Origin: Candidatus Levyibacteriota bacterium | Lineage (GTDB): Bacteria > Patescibacteriota > Microgenomatia > Levybacterales > UBA12049 | Direction: 5' to 3' | Assembly: GCA_027459725.1 (NCBI GenBank) | Contig: DAIDHK010000001.1 | Location: 67,411 to 131,410, forward strand | Length of the DNA stretch: 64,000 nt | Shown: piece by piece, positions 21,378 to 30,702 of the stretch | Numbering within the stretch: position 1 is the stretch's first letter | Layout of the letters: each line of letters begins with the position of its first letter | Made by a program: the position numbers and the translations under genes | The notes under the pieces: generated by a model | Told to the model about the DNA's origin: nothing | What the model saw: the letters and a program-made list of their open reading frames with translations, nothing else | Database searches by the model: none

Positions 21378-21407
21378 AAAAAAAGATACAGAGATACCTC
21401 TGTATCT
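21378..21407 (-). terminator. Terminator-like hairpin inside the rpoB 5' leader (candidate attenuator)
   Basis: Minus strand AGATACAGAG-GTAT-CTCTGTATCT followed by TTTTTT, between the rpoB promoter and the ATG at 21340. Confidence 0.7.
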
Positions 21408-21432
21408 GTATTGAGTGTAATAAAGTGTCTTA

Positions 21433-21461
21433 GTTATATCATAGCAATTCAAGCATGTCAA
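21433..21461 (-). promoter_or_regulatory. Sigma70-type promoter of rpoBC
   Basis: TTGACA-17 nt-TATAAC with TGn extension. Confidence 0.75.
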
Positions 21462-21656
21462 GAGGCCATTCTAGGTTTTCCCCTATATTACTTTATAAAT
21501 ATTATTTTTAAGCAAATAAATAAAAAATATCCCACAACTATTAAATTACAAACTATTTTTTAATAAATTTATGCTAGTTACCGGTTATTGAGGTATTCAC
21601 TTACCATCAATATTCTATATACTCCTTACCTGCATGTTATAATACATAAGTATATT

Positions 21657-23501
21657 ATGACAGCTGCAGAATTACTCAACAAATATATTAAATTTTTTGA
21701 GGATAGAGGGCATAAAAGAATTGCCGGAGCACCTTTAATTCCGCAAAATGATCCCACCACTCTTTTCACTAGTTCGGGTATGCAGCCCCTCATACCATAT
21801 TTAATGGGTGAAATACATCCGGAAGGAACTAGACTAGTTGATGCACAAAACAGCTTCCGGGCAGTAGATATTGAGGAAATTGGCGACAATCGTCATACTA
21901 CTTTTTTCAGAATGCTGGGTAACTGGAGTCTGGGTGATTACTTTAAAAAAGAAGAAATCCCCTGGCTGTATGAATTCCTGACTAATCAACAAAGTGGTCT
22001 TGGCATTGATCCGACTAAACTGCATTTTACTGTTTTTAAAGGCTTTGAGGACATCCCACAGGATAACGAGGCGTATCAAATCTGGGAAGAAGTATTGCAA
22101 AAAGCTGGAGTAGAAAACTATAAAAATCGCTTACACTGGTATGGAGTAGAGAAAAACTGGTGGTCGCGTGCAGGAACACCCGACAAAATGCCAGCAGGTG
22201 AAATTGGTGGACCGGACACTGAGGTTTTTTATGATTTCGGCGATGAAACAGTTCATAAAAAAAGTCAGTGGGGTAAGCAACCCTGCCATGTGAATTGTGA
22301 CTGCGGTCGCTATTTAGAAATTGCCAATAGTGTTTTCATGCAATATAAAAAAACAGCCGATGGGAAATTCGAGAAGCTTCCCAAACAGAATGTCGACTTT
22401 GGCGGAGGACTAGAAAGACTTCTAGGAGCAGTCGAGGGGCAAATAGATATGTTTCAAACTTCCCTGTTTAAACCTACTATTGACATCATTGAGCGGCAAA
22501 CGGACAAAGACTATCAAACATATAAATCATCTTTCCGAATTATTGCTGATCACCTGGGTGCGAGCTGCTTAATTATCGTAAATGGTATTAAGCCTGCCAA
22601 TAAAGATCAAGGTTATATCCTGCGACGTTTACTAAGAAGAGCTTTTGATAATTTTAATTTATTGGGTGGAAAAGATATATTACCTGTTCTGGAAACGATT
22701 GTTGATCAATATGCAGAAACTGACCCTATTGTTAAAGTACAGTATGAAGAAATTAAAAATACTATTTTAGAAGAAATGCAAAAGTATGAACGAACTAGAC
22801 ACGAAGCAACGAGGTTCATTGAGAAGAAATACCAACAACCTTTACACGATGGAGATACCAGAGAAATTTCTGCTGATGATGCGTTTGTATTATATACCAC
22901 GCATGGTCTCTCACCCACCCAGATTAAAAGCCTGGGTTATTCTTTTGACAACAAAATTTTTGCACATAAAATGGAAGAGCACCAAAAACTCTCCCGTTCC
23001 GGAGCTGAGAAAAAATTCCGTGGAGGACTGGCTGATCATAGCGAAAAAACTATCATGGGTCACACGGCCACTCACTTAATGCACCAAGCCTTGCGCGATG
23101 TACTTGGTAATCAGGTTCATCAATCAGGTTCTAATATCACCAGTGAGAGAATCCGTTTTGATTTTAACTTTGATAGAAAACTCACAGAAGATGAAATTAA
23201 ACATGTCGAAGAGATAGTGAATGGTAAAATAACCGAGAATTTACCGGTACACTTTGAACTCATTCCTACCCAAGAAGCCTACAAAATGGGAGCAATTGGT
23301 CTGTTTATGGAAACATATAGTGAAAAATCCAAAATCTATTTCATTGGTGACATATCTAAAAACTATAAAGACGCTTACTCAATTGAATTTTGCGGAGGGC
23401 CACATGTTGATTTTACAGGAGTCTTAAAATCGTTTAAGATAATAAAGCAGGAGAACCTTGGTGCAAACCTTAAACGTCTCTATGCGATAGTAGGAAAATA
23501 A
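21657..23501 (+). CDS. alaS: Alanyl-tRNA synthetase (short form, no C-Ala domain)
   Basis: DPTTLFTSSGMQP, RHTTFFRMLGNWS, GGPDTE, VDFGGGLER, editing motifs HTATH and CGGPH. Start moved to MTAAELL; TGtTATAAT lies upstream. Confidence 0.96.
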   Translation: MTAAELLNKYIKFFEDRGHKRIAGAPLIPQNDPTTLFTSSGMQPLIPYLMGEIHPEGTRLVDAQNSFRAVDIEEIGDNRHTTFFRMLGNWSLGDYFKKEEIPWLYEFLTNQQSGLGIDPTKLHFTVFKGFEDIPQDNEAYQIWEEVLQKAGVENYKNRLHWYGVEKNWWSRAGTPDKMPAGEIGGPDTEVFYDFGDETVHKKSQWGKQPCHVNCDCGRYLEIANSVFMQYKKTADGKFEKLPKQNVDFGGGLERLLGAVEGQIDMFQTSLFKPTIDIIERQTDKDYQTYKSSFRIIADHLGASCLIIVNGIKPANKDQGYILRRLLRRAFDNFNLLGGKDILPVLETIVDQYAETDPIVKVQYEEIKNTILEEMQKYERTRHEATRFIEKKYQQPLHDGDTREISADDAFVLYTTHGLSPTQIKSLGYSFDNKIFAHKMEEHQKLSRSGAEKKFRGGLADHSEKTIMGHTATHLMHQALRDVLGNQVHQSGSNITSERIRFDFNFDRKLTEDEIKHVEEIVNGKITENLPVHFELIPTQEAYKMGAIGLFMETYSEKSKIYFIGDISKNYKDAYSIEFCGGPHVDFTGVLKSFKIIKQENLGANLKRLYAIVGK

Positions 23502-23555
23502 GAAGCAAGATACAGCCAAGTCTTTATCTATGACCTATTCCTATAATCTAATTTT

Positions 23556-25994
23556 ATGAACCTGCCATTTTTTTCAAAGGCAAATAAAAAAACGGAAATA
23601 AGTTATTTTTTAGCCCTTACGTTACGAGATGAACAGATAGGAGCATATGTCCTCAAAGAAGAAGCAGGGAAATTGCACTTAGTAGGCAAGGGTGAAGAAA
23701 TCCTTGACAAATCTATTGAGCAATTAGACTTGAAAAATCAAATTGATATTTTAGACCGCATTATTAGTCAGGCAGAGAGTTCTTTACCCAAAAATGTTAT
23801 GACCCGCAAAACAATGTTTGGGGTCAAAGAAAGTTGGGTCGAAGATAACAAAATAAAAGCTGATTATCTGCATAAGCTCAAACAGATTTGCGATGAACTG
23901 GGCTTACAACCAACTGGGTTTTTAGTAATATCAGAAGCTATTGCGCATCGTTTGCAACAGGAGGAAGGAGCTCCTCTTACTGCCATCCTGGTGGAGATCG
24001 GAAAGAGTCAAATGACCGTTTCACATATTAAAGCAGGTAAGATCCTGGAAACCAAACATACCATAATCATTGAGTCTGCTATTCTGACACTAGATGCTTT
24101 GCTTAAACATTTCATTACCACTACAGTATTACCTACCAGAATCATTTTATTTGACGGTAATAACACTGCTAATTTAACCCAGGAATTTATAGCACATCAA
24201 TGGAGCAAGAGTCTGCCTTTTTTACACATGCCCCAGATTACACCTCTACCTCATGGTTTTGATGCACGCTCGGTTATTCTAGGAGCAGCTGAACAGATGG
24301 GGCTGCAGGTGTCCAGTGATATTAATATGGCTGGATTACCTGAGAAATCAGTTGAATCTAATCCTCCATTCATGGAGAATTTACAACCCGTCACCCCAAT
24401 AATGGACGCTACACCAAATAATCCAGAAGAGCAAGGTGAAGCTGAACCACCAGCTGAAGAATCAACAGAAACAATGGCTCGTGAGTTCGAGAAAAGGTTA
24501 AATGCCAGACTCAGTCCAGACGAGGAAAAAGACCTATCTTCAGTCGATGAAAGTAATGTAACTACTGCCGAAGAGTTTGGTTTTGTCAAAGGAGTCGATA
24601 TTTCAACTTTGCCGCATAAAGAACCACCCATCATGACAGAACATCATAGGCATGAAGAGAATGACATTATTTCGACAGAAGCCATTACAGATTATAGTAG
24701 TGACTACACAAACCATAACTTTAACCAACAGGAAGAACATATAAAACCAAAGCAAAAATTTTCATTGACCAATATGTCTTTCTTATCCGGCAGCATAAAT
24801 AAACTTTTACAGAAATTATTTATGAGTAGCTCTGACTCTCAATCTGATTCTAAAATCCCCCGCTGGATGATTATTGTACCCATTGTCTTACTATTAATAG
24901 TAGCTGGAATTGTATGGTATATTTTTAATGTTAAAGCAACTGTGAATCTTACCTTAAAACCAAAAATAGTTGAAGAACAGGGGAATATTACTTTTGCTCT
25001 CGGCTCTGGCAATGACTTTTCCAATAATACACTTGCGGCTTCGGATGTATCAGTTGACTTAAACGGCACTGCCAGTACGACTGCTACCGGCAGTAAAGCA
25101 GTAGGTTCCCCAGCCAAAGGTACTGTCACCATATATAACAACTCAAATAGTCCGGAGACATTAGCAGCAGGAACAACGATAACTTCCACGAATAATCTTG
25201 TCTTTACATTCGATAATAATGTGACTGTTGCTTCGGCCTCAGGAGATCAGTTTACGGGAACAAAACCAGGTACCGCCGATGTTAACGTAACTGCCAAAGA
25301 TATCGGCCAGCAGTACAATCTTCCTTCCGGCACCGTATTTTCTATTAATGCCGGTAATTCAGTAGCTGCCAAGAATAATAGTGCATTCAGTGGAGGAAGC
25401 AAACAGACAGTCACTGTAGTATCCCAGGCTGATATCAATAAACTGCTTAGCTCTTTACCTCAAAGTCTGCAGAACAAGGCTAAAAGCCAGCTACAAAGTC
25501 AGATATCCAGTGGACAGACACTTCTGCCTGGTATAACCAGTGATAATTTTAAATCCAAATCTTTTAATCACAATATAGGTGACCAGGCCAATTCAGTTAC
25601 GCTAACTGGTACAGTTACTTTCCATGGAGCAGCATATAATAATCAGGATTTACAGAATCTGGCAAAAACCATGTTAAAAGATAAATTTACAGGTAACTCT
25701 TCTTTGTCAGATAAAGGAATTAGTGCTAATATCAGTAACTTGCAACCTTCATCTGACGGCAAAACTATTGGAGCCACAATCGACTTGCAAGCCGGGCTTC
25801 TACCAAACATTGATACATCAAGTCTAATCTCTCAGGTGAGGGGTAAGACTGCCGCTCAGGCTACTCAGGTGTTAGACGGTATACCTCAGATTGAATCAAG
25901 TTCTATCAATCTAAGTCCTAATATACCTCTGATCCCGAAAATTTTACCGCGTTTTTCCAACCACATCACAATCAAGATCAACAGTAATGGCTAA
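23556..25994 (+). CDS. Bitopic protein: degenerate FtsA/actin-like N-domain, acidic linker, TM, extracellular baseplate-J-like domain
   Basis: N-terminal YFLALTLR... and AILVEIGKSQMTV resemble degenerate actin-fold phosphate loops. TM RWMIIVPIVLLLIVAGIVWYIF. AKGTVTIYN...ADVNVTAKDIGQQYN...AFSGG is the Baseplate_J-like pattern seen in CPR. Confidence 0.7.
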   Translation: MNLPFFSKANKKTEISYFLALTLRDEQIGAYVLKEEAGKLHLVGKGEEILDKSIEQLDLKNQIDILDRIISQAESSLPKNVMTRKTMFGVKESWVEDNKIKADYLHKLKQICDELGLQPTGFLVISEAIAHRLQQEEGAPLTAILVEIGKSQMTVSHIKAGKILETKHTIIIESAILTLDALLKHFITTTVLPTRIILFDGNNTANLTQEFIAHQWSKSLPFLHMPQITPLPHGFDARSVILGAAEQMGLQVSSDINMAGLPEKSVESNPPFMENLQPVTPIMDATPNNPEEQGEAEPPAEESTETMAREFEKRLNARLSPDEEKDLSSVDESNVTTAEEFGFVKGVDISTLPHKEPPIMTEHHRHEENDIISTEAITDYSSDYTNHNFNQQEEHIKPKQKFSLTNMSFLSGSINKLLQKLFMSSSDSQSDSKIPRWMIIVPIVLLLIVAGIVWYIFNVKATVNLTLKPKIVEEQGNITFALGSGNDFSNNTLAASDVSVDLNGTASTTATGSKAVGSPAKGTVTIYNNSNSPETLAAGTTITSTNNLVFTFDNNVTVASASGDQFTGTKPGTADVNVTAKDIGQQYNLPSGTVFSINAGNSVAAKNNSAFSGGSKQTVTVVSQADINKLLSSLPQSLQNKAKSQLQSQISSGQTLLPGITSDNFKSKSFNHNIGDQANSVTLTGTVTFHGAAYNNQDLQNLAKTMLKDKFTGNSSLSDKGISANISNLQPSSDGKTIGATIDLQAGLLPNIDTSSLISQVRGKTAAQATQVLDGIPQIESSSINLSPNIPLIPKILPRFSNHITIKINSNG

Positions 25995-26739
25995 TAAATA
26001 TTACTACCATAAAAGAGATATTCAAAAGATCAGGGAAATTGTTCGTTATATCGGCTTAACGATATTTCTGATTGGAATTTTTGGTCTGTTGTATGTCTTT
26101 TTCCCTTTAGTTTCGTGGCAGGTCTACCTGGTTCCCCAGTTAGCTGCACAAGACGTTGTTTCACCTATTCCTGACCAATCAGTGTTATCCTCCTCTTCAG
26201 TAGGTTCTCTGATACAGGATTCTATCAAAGATATCGGAGTAAATTATTCCAATGCAAACAACTGGTTTCCCGGTTATACTCCTGAGTCATCTAATAAATC
26301 ATCCTCAATTCATATTTTCTATCTCTCAATTCCCACCCTCGGGATTTATCACGCTACTGTAAGCAACGCTGATAATGATTTAGATCACCACCTGGTAAAT
26401 TTCGCCGGCACTGCTTCTCCTCCTGAAAAAGGTAATACGGTTATTTTTGGACACTCTACTCTACCACAATGGTTTGATCCTCATAATTACAAAGCAATTT
26501 TTGCAACTGCCTTAAACTTAAAAGTGGGTGATAAAATTATTGCTACGGTTAACGGAGCAGATTATACTTACGTAATAGATAATATCAGCATTGTGAATGC
26601 CGATGACTATACCCCTCTGGAGCAGCAGTATAATGATAGCTATATGACGATTATTACCTGTACGCCTCCAGGTACAACCTGGAAACGTCTGGTGATACAT
26701 TCCCGTCTTGCAAAACTCACGGGTAGTTCTCTACAATAG
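25987..26739 (+). CDS. Sortase (class E/D-like)
   Basis: N-terminal TM, LSIPTLGI, GNTVIFGHS, IITCTP and downstream R (His-Cys-Arg triad). Overlaps the upstream gene by 8 nt. Confidence 0.92.
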   Translation: MANKYYYHKRDIQKIREIVRYIGLTIFLIGIFGLLYVFFPLVSWQVYLVPQLAAQDVVSPIPDQSVLSSSSVGSLIQDSIKDIGVNYSNANNWFPGYTPESSNKSSSIHIFYLSIPTLGIYHATVSNADNDLDHHLVNFAGTASPPEKGNTVIFGHSTLPQWFDPHNYKAIFATALNLKVGDKIIATVNGADYTYVIDNISIVNADDYTPLEQQYNDSYMTIITCTPPGTTWKRLVIHSRLAKLTGSSLQ

Positions 26740-26772
26740 ACACATAAGTAGTAAGCTTTTGCAAAATAAATT

Positions 26773-26928
26773 ATGAATCCCAATACGACAACCCGCTTTC
26801 AAGCTGTTATGAAACAGATCTGGCCAACTATTTATAGAATAATCAATAATACTTTATATTTTTTAATTGACATTATTCGGTCTGGTGTAAAAATTGCCAT
26901 CGAACAGATTAAAAACGGGGGTGCATAA
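26773..26928 (+). CDS. Small 51-aa amphipathic protein (below the ORF-track cutoff)
   Basis: MNPNTTTRFQAVMKQIWPTIYRIINNTLYFLIDIIRSGVKIAIEQIKNGGA*; fills the gap co-directionally after the sortase. Confidence 0.65.
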   Translation: MNPNTTTRFQAVMKQIWPTIYRIINNTLYFLIDIIRSGVKIAIEQIKNGGA

Positions 26929-27015
26929 CCGTGATCCAGAAAGAAGTGTTAACTGTAAAGAAAAATAAAACTTTTTCTTCCCGCTTAACTCTTACTCTTT
27001 CCTTTTTATTTGTAT

Positions 27016-28293
27016 ATGGATGAAAAAGAATTGGCTCTAGAGGCTATCAGAAAAAAGTTAGTCGGCAAAAAACTCACCTATAAAGAGATTTATGCGGTTA
27101 TGGATGAAATTTCACATAAACGCTTTAGTACTGTTCTGACTACTTACTTTACCGCATCGGGATATTCCAATGGATTTACCGATGAGGAAATTTTTTATCT
27201 GACTAAAGCTATGGTCGATACTGGTGAACAGTTGCACTTCAAAGGTATTGTTGCTGATAAACATTCCATTGGTGGTATTTCAGGTACCAGAACAACTATG
27301 ATTGTAGTACCTATTCTGGCCGCTGCAGGATTTACTATTCCTAAAAGCTCCAGCCGCGCTATAACAACTCCTGGAGGAACGGCTGATGACATGGAAGTTA
27401 TTGCACCGGTAATCTTTAATAAAGAACAAATCTATAAAATTGTGGAGAAAACCAATGGGTGTATAGTCTGGGGCGGCAGTGTTAATATTGCTCCAGCTGA
27501 TGACATTATTATCAAAGTAGAAGAACCATTAATGTTTGAAAGTTTCGATAAAATCCTGGTATCGATCATGGCGAAAAAAGTCGCGTTTGGTTCTAATCAT
27601 GTAGTGATAGACCTTCCTTACGGCAAACTGGTTAAGGTTCACTCATTGTCCGACGCAAACCTTCTGAAAAAAAAGTTTGAGACCCTTGCAGGCAAATTTA
27701 ACATTAAGATTAAAGTGATTGTGAGCGAGACTGACCAGCCGGCCGGCAGAGGTATCGGACCTTTACTTGAAGCCCGAGAGGCACTTAGAGTCCTCGAACA
27801 GCATAAAGACAGACCACTTGACTTGGAGGAAAGAGCTTTGATATTGGCTGGTAATTTACTCGATATATGTCTGGAAGACAGTAATCAGGAGCTCAGGGAA
27901 AAAGTAAAAGCTGAATTTGAAAATGGATATAACTGGGCTAAAAATTTATTATCCACACGTAAGGCGAGAAAAAAAATGGAGGAAATTATTAAAGCCCAGG
28001 GAGGAAATCAAGATTTGGTAAGTGAAGACTTAAAACCTGGGAAATATGTACACGAGATACTTTCACCTCATAAAGGTAAAATAGCTGAATTCCAAATTAT
28101 TAACAGTACTGTACTGGCCAAACTACTGGGAGCTCCCCACAGAAAAAGAGCAGGTATTTACCTACAGAAAAAGCTAGGTGAAAATGTTGATAAACATGAT
28201 ATATTATGTACACTATATAGTGATAGTCAAACAGATATGCATGAAGCAATAGAAACTTTAAATAACATGCCCTTGTACACGATAGATCATTAG
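27016..28293 (+). CDS. AMP phosphorylase-type nucleoside monophosphate phosphorylase (thymidine phosphorylase family)
   Basis: DKHSIGG..GTRTTMIVVPI, PKSSSRAITTPGGTADDME, GCIVWGG..NIAPADD, SIMAKK, GRGIGPLLEA: signatures of the archaeal-type AMPpase branch. Lacks the extra N-terminal domain. Confidence 0.85.
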   Translation: MDEKELALEAIRKKLVGKKLTYKEIYAVMDEISHKRFSTVLTTYFTASGYSNGFTDEEIFYLTKAMVDTGEQLHFKGIVADKHSIGGISGTRTTMIVVPILAAAGFTIPKSSSRAITTPGGTADDMEVIAPVIFNKEQIYKIVEKTNGCIVWGGSVNIAPADDIIIKVEEPLMFESFDKILVSIMAKKVAFGSNHVVIDLPYGKLVKVHSLSDANLLKKKFETLAGKFNIKIKVIVSETDQPAGRGIGPLLEAREALRVLEQHKDRPLDLEERALILAGNLLDICLEDSNQELREKVKAEFENGYNWAKNLLSTRKARKKMEEIIKAQGGNQDLVSEDLKPGKYVHEILSPHKGKIAEFQIINSTVLAKLLGAPHRKRAGIYLQKKLGENVDKHDILCTLYSDSQTDMHEAIETLNNMPLYTIDH

Positions 28294-28304
28294 ATTTTAC
28301 CAAC

Positions 28305-29288
28305 ATGCGTAGACAGAGATCTCAGTCATCTATGAATAAACTGGCAGTATTTTTGATTATTATTTTTTTAATTATTGGCGTGGCAGGATTTGTGTGGTGG
28401 GCACACGGTTCTTCAGCTCTTAATCCTAATGATAAGTCTTTCAAACTTTTTGTCGTTCAGTCAGGTGAGTCATTACGTGAAATTGCCAATTCACTACAGC
28501 AAAACAATTTAATTGTAGATACTAATGTCTTCAGTCTCATTGTTAAACAGAATAACTTAGAAAACAAGCTACAGGCTGGCGAGTTTAAACTATCTTCCAG
28601 TATGACTCCATTTGATATCGCACAAACTTTAACAAAGGGGAGTATTAATGTCTGGATTACTATTCCCGAAGGCAAAAGAGCTACGGAAATAGCCCAAGTT
28701 CTGAAGATGCATTTCCCCCAGTATACAGATCAGTGGCAGCAAAAATTGGTAGCGCAGGAAGGCTACTTATTCCCTGATACCTATCTTTTCCCCCAGGACG
28801 TCACTATAGATCAGATTATAAGCACTATGAAGGATAATTTTAATAAAAAATTTGATAGTGTACCTACAAATCCTGACAATCAATATACCGAAAAACAAAT
28901 CGTAACTGTTGCTTCTTTAGTGGAAAGAGAAGCCAAATATCCTGAAGATCGGCCACTAGTTGCATCTGTCATTTATAATCGCTTAAATTCAGGCATGCCT
29001 TTACAAATTGATGCCTCTATCCAATATGCTCTGGGTACCCAAGCAAACTGGTGGCCTGTTCTAACTGACAGCGGAGGCAATATTCTGCCAAATTCTCCAT
29101 ATAATACGTATACCCGGACTGGCCTCCCCCCAACTCCAATCTCCAACCCTGGGCTAAGCTCACTGGCTGCAGCTATCAAACCGGCCCAAACAAAATATTT
29201 TTATTATGTCTCAGACAAAAACGGGCATAATCACTACGAATCTACTCTTAAACAGCACAATGCAGATATAGTAAAATACGGGCTCTGA
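28305..29288 (+). CDS. mltG: Endolytic transglycosylase MltG
   Basis: N-terminal TM, TIPEG, EGYLFPDTY, ASLVEREA, NRL..GMPLQID, SPYNTY..GLPPTPISNPG. Confidence 0.95.
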   Translation: MRRQRSQSSMNKLAVFLIIIFLIIGVAGFVWWAHGSSALNPNDKSFKLFVVQSGESLREIANSLQQNNLIVDTNVFSLIVKQNNLENKLQAGEFKLSSSMTPFDIAQTLTKGSINVWITIPEGKRATEIAQVLKMHFPQYTDQWQQKLVAQEGYLFPDTYLFPQDVTIDQIISTMKDNFNKKFDSVPTNPDNQYTEKQIVTVASLVEREAKYPEDRPLVASVIYNRLNSGMPLQIDASIQYALGTQANWWPVLTDSGGNILPNSPYNTYTRTGLPPTPISNPGLSSLAAAIKPAQTKYFYYVSDKNGHNHYESTLKQHNADIVKYGL

Positions 29289-29309
29289 GGGGAAAGCTTA
29301 CCTCAGTTT
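29285..29309 (+). terminator. Hairpin at the end of mltG
   Basis: CTGAGG-N10-CCTCAG followed by TTT; short U tract. Confidence 0.4.
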
Positions 29310-29343
29310 AGTATAAGATGAATTTAGGTTACAGTTAGTTTAA

Positions 29344-29930
29344 CTAAATCCGCACCTTATGAGGCAAAGAATGATTTTGAATAGACTGCACTGTTATTTC
29401 TACGGAAATCCGTTGCTTTATTCGATGTGGTTTTTGTATGATCCTGAATAGCCATCGCCACTGGTAAAGTATCGCCTCTTTATTCTCCCCTTTTTCCATA
29501 CTCATAAAGTCTCTAAACATTAATTGTGAAGCATTAGTAGTACCGTTTTGTTCATTTAATAAAAACATTCCATTTGCTCTAACTCTTTAATACTGTACGC
29601 GCAAACTAGAACTTCTAAAAATTTATTTATCTGTATAATGGAAGAAACATCTCTACCATCAATTCCCACAACTACCCATGGCGACTCGTTTTGTATAACG
29701 GATTAATAGCTAACATATTATTAGATCCAAAATTCTCAACACCATCAACTACTATACTATCAGCAGATGTTTCAAAATCAATAACTCTATCCATTAATCT
29801 ATTTTCTCCTCATTGAGTAATTTCGTAATACACCTGCTGCCACCGAAACTTTCTTATAAAACTCCTTAGTCCTAAATTGCGCTGCTCTGTGATCAGCATA
29901 CGAATTTACTTCTCTTCCCAGAGTGAGAAA
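29344..29930 (-). pseudogene. Probable heavily decayed gene of unknown family
   Basis: About 600 nt with no long ORF, but successive protein-like 40-50-codon stretches in shifting minus-strand frames (LGREVNSYADHRAAQFRTK..., MDRVIDFETSAD..., ESPWVVVGIDGRD..., MFLLNEQNG..., DTLPVAMAIQDH...). Confidence 0.4.
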
Positions 29931-29969
29931 TTATATAGAAGTTAATAAAATAAAATAGTGTAATCTATT

Positions 29970-30335
29970 CTATTTTTTTGTGGCTTTTCTGAAGAACTTA
30001 TGACCTGAGGGCAAATGACGAACTGGATGGGTAACTTTCTCAACTGGAGTTTTTTCTTCAACAGCAGCCTTATCCGGCATTTCACTTTCCAACGGCTCGT
30101 CCATATCTTCTTCGGGATCTACTATTTCCCCATCTTCTTCCATGGCCCGAATAATATCCTCTACTTCATTAAATTTATTCATTCCTTCTTCTGTTAGAGT
30201 CTGCAAAATCTGCCTGCCTTTTTTGGTAGTAAACAAAAGTGTGATTAAAACTCCTACAACTAGACCAAGGACAAAACCGTTCAACGAAGAACCTGATCTG
30301 ATTTGTTGCACGGGAGGATATTCATTATTCTTCAT
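29970..30335 (-). CDS. YtxH-domain membrane protein
   Basis: GFVLGLVVGVLITLLFTTKKGRQI YtxH pattern and an acidic tail. Start moved to MKNNEY. Confidence 0.8.
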   Translation of the reverse strand: MKNNEYPPVQQIRSGSSLNGFVLGLVVGVLITLLFTTKKGRQILQTLTEEGMNKFNEVEDIIRAMEEDGEIVDPEEDMDEPLESEMPDKAAVEEKTPVEKVTHPVRHLPSGHKFFRKATKK

Positions 30336-30621
30336 GGTGTTTGTCTTTATGTTCATCTCTTTTCAAAAAAGTCTTAATAATTTTTGCCACAGCCATAAAT
30401 GATCCTGAACTAACCAGCCCGCTTATACCGCCCAAAGAAGATAAGGGTTTAGAAACAGCATCTGCAATTGTATCGGCAGTGTCTAAGACTTTATTAGCTT
30501 TGAAAAGTGTATGTCTAACCTCTCGAAGAATAAAGAAGACCTGAACTCCTAATACAACGAGCAATAGAGTTAAAACTATAATTACAAACAGAAGAACAAG
30601 CTGGACAGAGTCTATGTTCAT
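30325..30621 (-). CDS. DUF948/YtxG-like membrane protein
   Basis: N-terminal TM then ILREVRHTLFKANKVLD; paired with the YtxH gene. Confidence 0.7.
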   Translation of the reverse strand: MNIDSVQLVLLFVIIVLTLLLVVLGVQVFFILREVRHTLFKANKVLDTADTIADAVSKPLSSLGGISGLVSSGSFMAVAKIIKTFLKRDEHKDKHHEE

Positions 30622-30627
30622 ATATCT

Positions 30628-30656
30628 AATTTACTAGGAATTGAGCTCAGTGTCAA
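30628..30656 (-). promoter_or_regulatory. Sigma70-type promoter, leaderless geometry
   Basis: TTGACA-17 nt-TAAATT-6 nt-ATG (30621). Confidence 0.7.
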
Positions 30657-30702
30657 TATAACAAAACCCAACACTACTATAGTGCAAGAAGGATGCAGCC
30701 AT

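Noticed and set aside
24950-25994. Prophage or contractile injection system implied by the baseplate-J-like domain
   Set aside because: No sheath, tube, spike, terminase, capsid or integrase nearby, and the domain is fused to a TM protein among housekeeping genes.
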